DNA of 64,000 nucleotides from Alphaproteobacteria bacterium (GTDB lineage Bacteria; Pseudomonadota; Alphaproteobacteria; UBA7887): NCBI GenBank assembly GCA_965214495.1, contig OZ243958.1, positions 405,989 to 469,988 of the forward strand, read 5' to 3'. Shown piece by piece: positions 62,063 to 64,000 of this stretch (position 1 is its first letter; each line of letters starts with the position of its first letter). The notes under the pieces were generated by a model. It saw only the letters and a program-made list of their open reading frames with translations, ran no database searches and was not told where the DNA came from. The position numbers and the translations under genes were made by a program.

Positions 62063-62809
62063 GTGCGCGACATACGCGAACGGTATACGGGCGTCATTGG
62101 CAGGATGGCGGCCAAATACGGTAGCCGCCAAGGCGTTGGGAATTATTGGATCCCGAAGAATGCTACACTGCCTGAATGTATCTGGTATGCGCAAAGGTAT
62201 ATTGTAGGGAGCCGGTCTCATTACCGGTACAATAAATACAAAAGAGCTTTGCAATCTGCGTTGCTGTATCGTCATCCCAAGATACGACAAAACGGAAAAA
62301 TGATCCACATCAATATCGGGTGTGGCCCTGGTTTATTTTCCTGGGTCGTAAGAGATCATTTCCGCACCAACCTGTTTGTCAATGTCGAATCTCACGGGTA
62401 TGATCACTCTCGAAACATGGTTGCACTCGCGCGGTTATTATCGAAGAAACTCCGGGAAGATACGCATCTTTCATTTTACCATGACATGGACAAGCTTTTT
62501 GTGGCTGTGCTGTCTGGCGAGTCCGTTGTTCGCAATGTCGTCGTCACACTGGGACATGTTTTAGTTCAGACCGTCGATAACGAAATCGCGACGAAAGATT
62601 TTGCACGCATTATCGCGAAATTCGCCAAATCTGCTAACTGTCAAGTGGTGGCTGCCGATGCGCACAGTGGAGAACGATTCGATATTTTCAAAAGGTCATG
62701 TAGAAATTTGAGAAATGCTTTGGACAAGCATGGGTTGACTGCCAGCATGTCCATCAATTCCGGATCGTTGATGTTCGCCCGGATCAAACAGGAGGCCACG
62801 CATGAATGA
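62063..62809 (+). CDS. Class I SAM-dependent methyltransferase-like protein of unknown specificity, encoded in a low-GC (about 45%) segment.
   Basis: 248 aa. IHINIGCGPGLFSWVV matches Rossmann-MTase motif I (hh-D/N-h-G-C-G-x-G), and VNVESHGYD has the acidic post-I residue. The base composition is strongly atypical for this window, and codon usage is AT-rich. Confidence 0.55.
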   Translation: MRDIRERYTGVIGRMAAKYGSRQGVGNYWIPKNATLPECIWYAQRYIVGSRSHYRYNKYKRALQSALLYRHPKIRQNGKMIHINIGCGPGLFSWVVRDHFRTNLFVNVESHGYDHSRNMVALARLLSKKLREDTHLSFYHDMDKLFVAVLSGESVVRNVVVTLGHVLVQTVDNEIATKDFARIIAKFAKSANCQVVAADAHSGERFDIFKRSCRNLRNALDKHGLTASMSINSGSLMFARIKQEATHE

Positions 62810-63596
62810 GCAATTCCAGATCTCTTTCGACGACGTCGGGGTCGAGTCGCCATCGAATCGGCCTCCGGGAAGCGACCATACGGCGCACGTGCCGTCCGTT
62901 CTCGGTCTGGCCTACCTCCCGCGGTTCTTGTCCGACAGCGCGCAGGCCGCGTTATGGGACCGTATCGAAGGTCTTCCCTGGCGCGATGACCTGGAACGTC
63001 GGGTCCAGCATTACGGCTGGCGATACGACTATCGAGCGCGAACCGTCGCGCGTGACATGCATATCGGCCCCTTGCCGGAATGGCTGCGACAAATCGCCCG
63101 GCGTCTTTACGCTGAAACCAGCGTGTTCGACTGCGAACCCGATCAGGCGATCGTGAACGAGTATCTCCCAGGCCAAGGCATTGCTCGGCACGTTGACCGA
63201 CAATGCTTCGGCCCCGCCGTGGCGACGATCTCGCTCGGCGATGCGTGGCTCATGGACCTGCGTCCGTTACGCGGGACCAAGGGCGTTGCCGAGCAGATCC
63301 TGTTGGAGCCAGGGTCGGCGCTGGTGCTGACCGATGCGGCACGCTGGCGTTGGCTCCACGGTATCGCCCCACGTAAGTACGAACGCGCGAACGGCGGCAA
63401 GCGACCGCGAAAACGCCGGATTTCGGTGACTTTCCGAACCGTTGTCCTTTCCGGCGACGATGCGCCGGGCCGGGCTATACCGGCTCGAGGATCACCGGCA
63501 GGCCGTCCACCGGCTTCGGGATCGGGATCACCCGCCAGCGCGGGCGATGGCCGTCCGACAGCGCGACCCGGTAGCGCCGGAGAAACTGGAAGCTGA
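62802..63596 (+). CDS. alkB: AlkB-family 2OG-Fe(II) dioxygenase (alkylation-damage repair demethylase-like).
   Basis: It aligns with E. coli AlkB at NEYLPGQGIARHVDRQ (H-x-D iron ligands), LLEPGSALVLTDAARWRWLHGIAP (second His) and RISVTFR (2OG-binding Arg). The start overlaps the methyltransferase stop by 8 nt. The C-terminal ~40 codons overlap the convergent P450 gene and are probably GC-rich readthrough before the first stop. Confidence 0.7.
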   Translation: MNEQFQISFDDVGVESPSNRPPGSDHTAHVPSVLGLAYLPRFLSDSAQAALWDRIEGLPWRDDLERRVQHYGWRYDYRARTVARDMHIGPLPEWLRQIARRLYAETSVFDCEPDQAIVNEYLPGQGIARHVDRQCFGPAVATISLGDAWLMDLRPLRGTKGVAEQILLEPGSALVLTDAARWRWLHGIAPRKYERANGGKRPRKRRISVTFRTVVLSGDDAPGRAIPARGSPAGRPPASGSGSPASAGDGRPTARPGSAGETGS

Positions 63597-64000
63597 ACGC
63601 CTTGGCCTGCATCGTCGCGAAGTGCATCCCGAGGCATTTATGCGCGCCGCTGCCGAATGGCGACCATGCGAAACGGTGACGCCGGTCTTCCGCCCGCTCC
63701 GGGAGGAAACGGTCGGGGTCGAAGCGCTCCGGCTCGCTCCACAGTTCGGCGTCGCGCGCCACCATGCCGGGGCTGACCGAAATGGAGGTGTCGCCCGGGA
63801 TGCGGTAGCCGGCGAAATCGAACGGGCGCAGCGCGTGGCGCACGAGGAAACACACCGGCGGTTTCAGCCGCAGCGCTTCCTTGAACACCCGTTCGGTCAG
63901 CGGCAGCCGGTCCATCGCCGCGTGCTCCAGCCGGTCGGCATCGACCGAGGCCATCTCCTCGCGCACCGCGTCCTGCCAGTCGGGATGGCGCGCCAGCGCC
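63475..64000 (-). CDS. Cytochrome P450 (C-terminal part only; the 5' end lies beyond the window).
   Basis: FGSGAHKCLG is the heme-thiolate loop, and ERFDPDRF the PERF motif. The minus-strand frame stays open to the window end (...ALARHPDWQDAVREEMASV...). Confidence 0.85.
   Translation of the reverse strand, partial: ALARHPDWQDAVREEMASVDADRLEHAAMDRLPLTERVFKEALRLKPPVCFLVRHALRPFDFAGYRIPGDTSISVSPGMVARDAELWSEPERFDPDRFLPERAEDRRHRFAWSPFGSGAHKCLGMHFATMQAKAFSFQFLRRYRVALSDGHRPRWRVIPIPKPVDGLPVILEPV

Noticed and set aside
63475-63596. Convergent overlap of the alkB-like 3' end with the P450 gene as evidence of a fused or novel C-terminal domain
   Set aside because: The alkB tail (…GSPAGRPPASGSGSPASAGDGRPTARPGS) is low-complexity and mirrors the P450 antisense. 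It is more likely chance readthrough to the first stop in GC-rich DNA than a functional extension.

Overview
This is a high-GC (roughly 68-70%) proteobacterial, probably alphaproteobacterial, chromosomal segment. I found no rRNA, tRNA or CRISPR array.

Positions 1-18.3 kb hold ordinary genes. On the minus strand: a partial nosR/nirI-family gene at the left edge, tadA, a DnaQ-like exonuclease translationally coupled to a CBS-DUF294 nucleotidyltransferase, a thiolase, an HDAC-family deacetylase, a COQ9-like gene, def and thyX. On the plus strand: a GATase1/PuuD-like hydrolase, an rsuA-like pseudouridine synthase with rsmD, two unrelated ABM monooxygenases, an SPFH-NfeD pair, an EamA transporter, a DUF465 protein, purE-purK, and vapB followed by a truncated vapC. 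These are interspersed with a family of composite REP/MITE-like repeats; one copy is bounded by 22-bp perfect terminal inverted repeats.

Positions 18.9-60.4 kb are an adhesin island of three autotransporter-type genes, the region most worth a second look.
(1) A giant locus of about 28.5 kb (about 9,500 codons) with a signal peptide, Calx-beta, FN3, LRR and cadherin-like tandem modules and a C-terminal beta-barrel. It is split over four reading frames by three +1 shifts, two of them in poly-G runs, and has a (C)12 tract upstream.
(2) A convergent beta-helix autotransporter of about 1,000 aa whose last beta-strand lies behind an in-frame TAG.
(3) A locus of about 3,240 codons (LRR, Calx-beta, ten 348-bp tandem repeats, beta-barrel) split over four frames by a +1 C, a +1 G in a G5 run and a 28-bp intra-repeat deletion.

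The right end carries rpsU (TTG start), a small membrane protein, a small secreted protein, a low-GC (about 45%) SAM-methyltransferase translationally coupled to an AlkB-like 2OG-Fe(II) dioxygenase, and a partial cytochrome P450 at the window edge.
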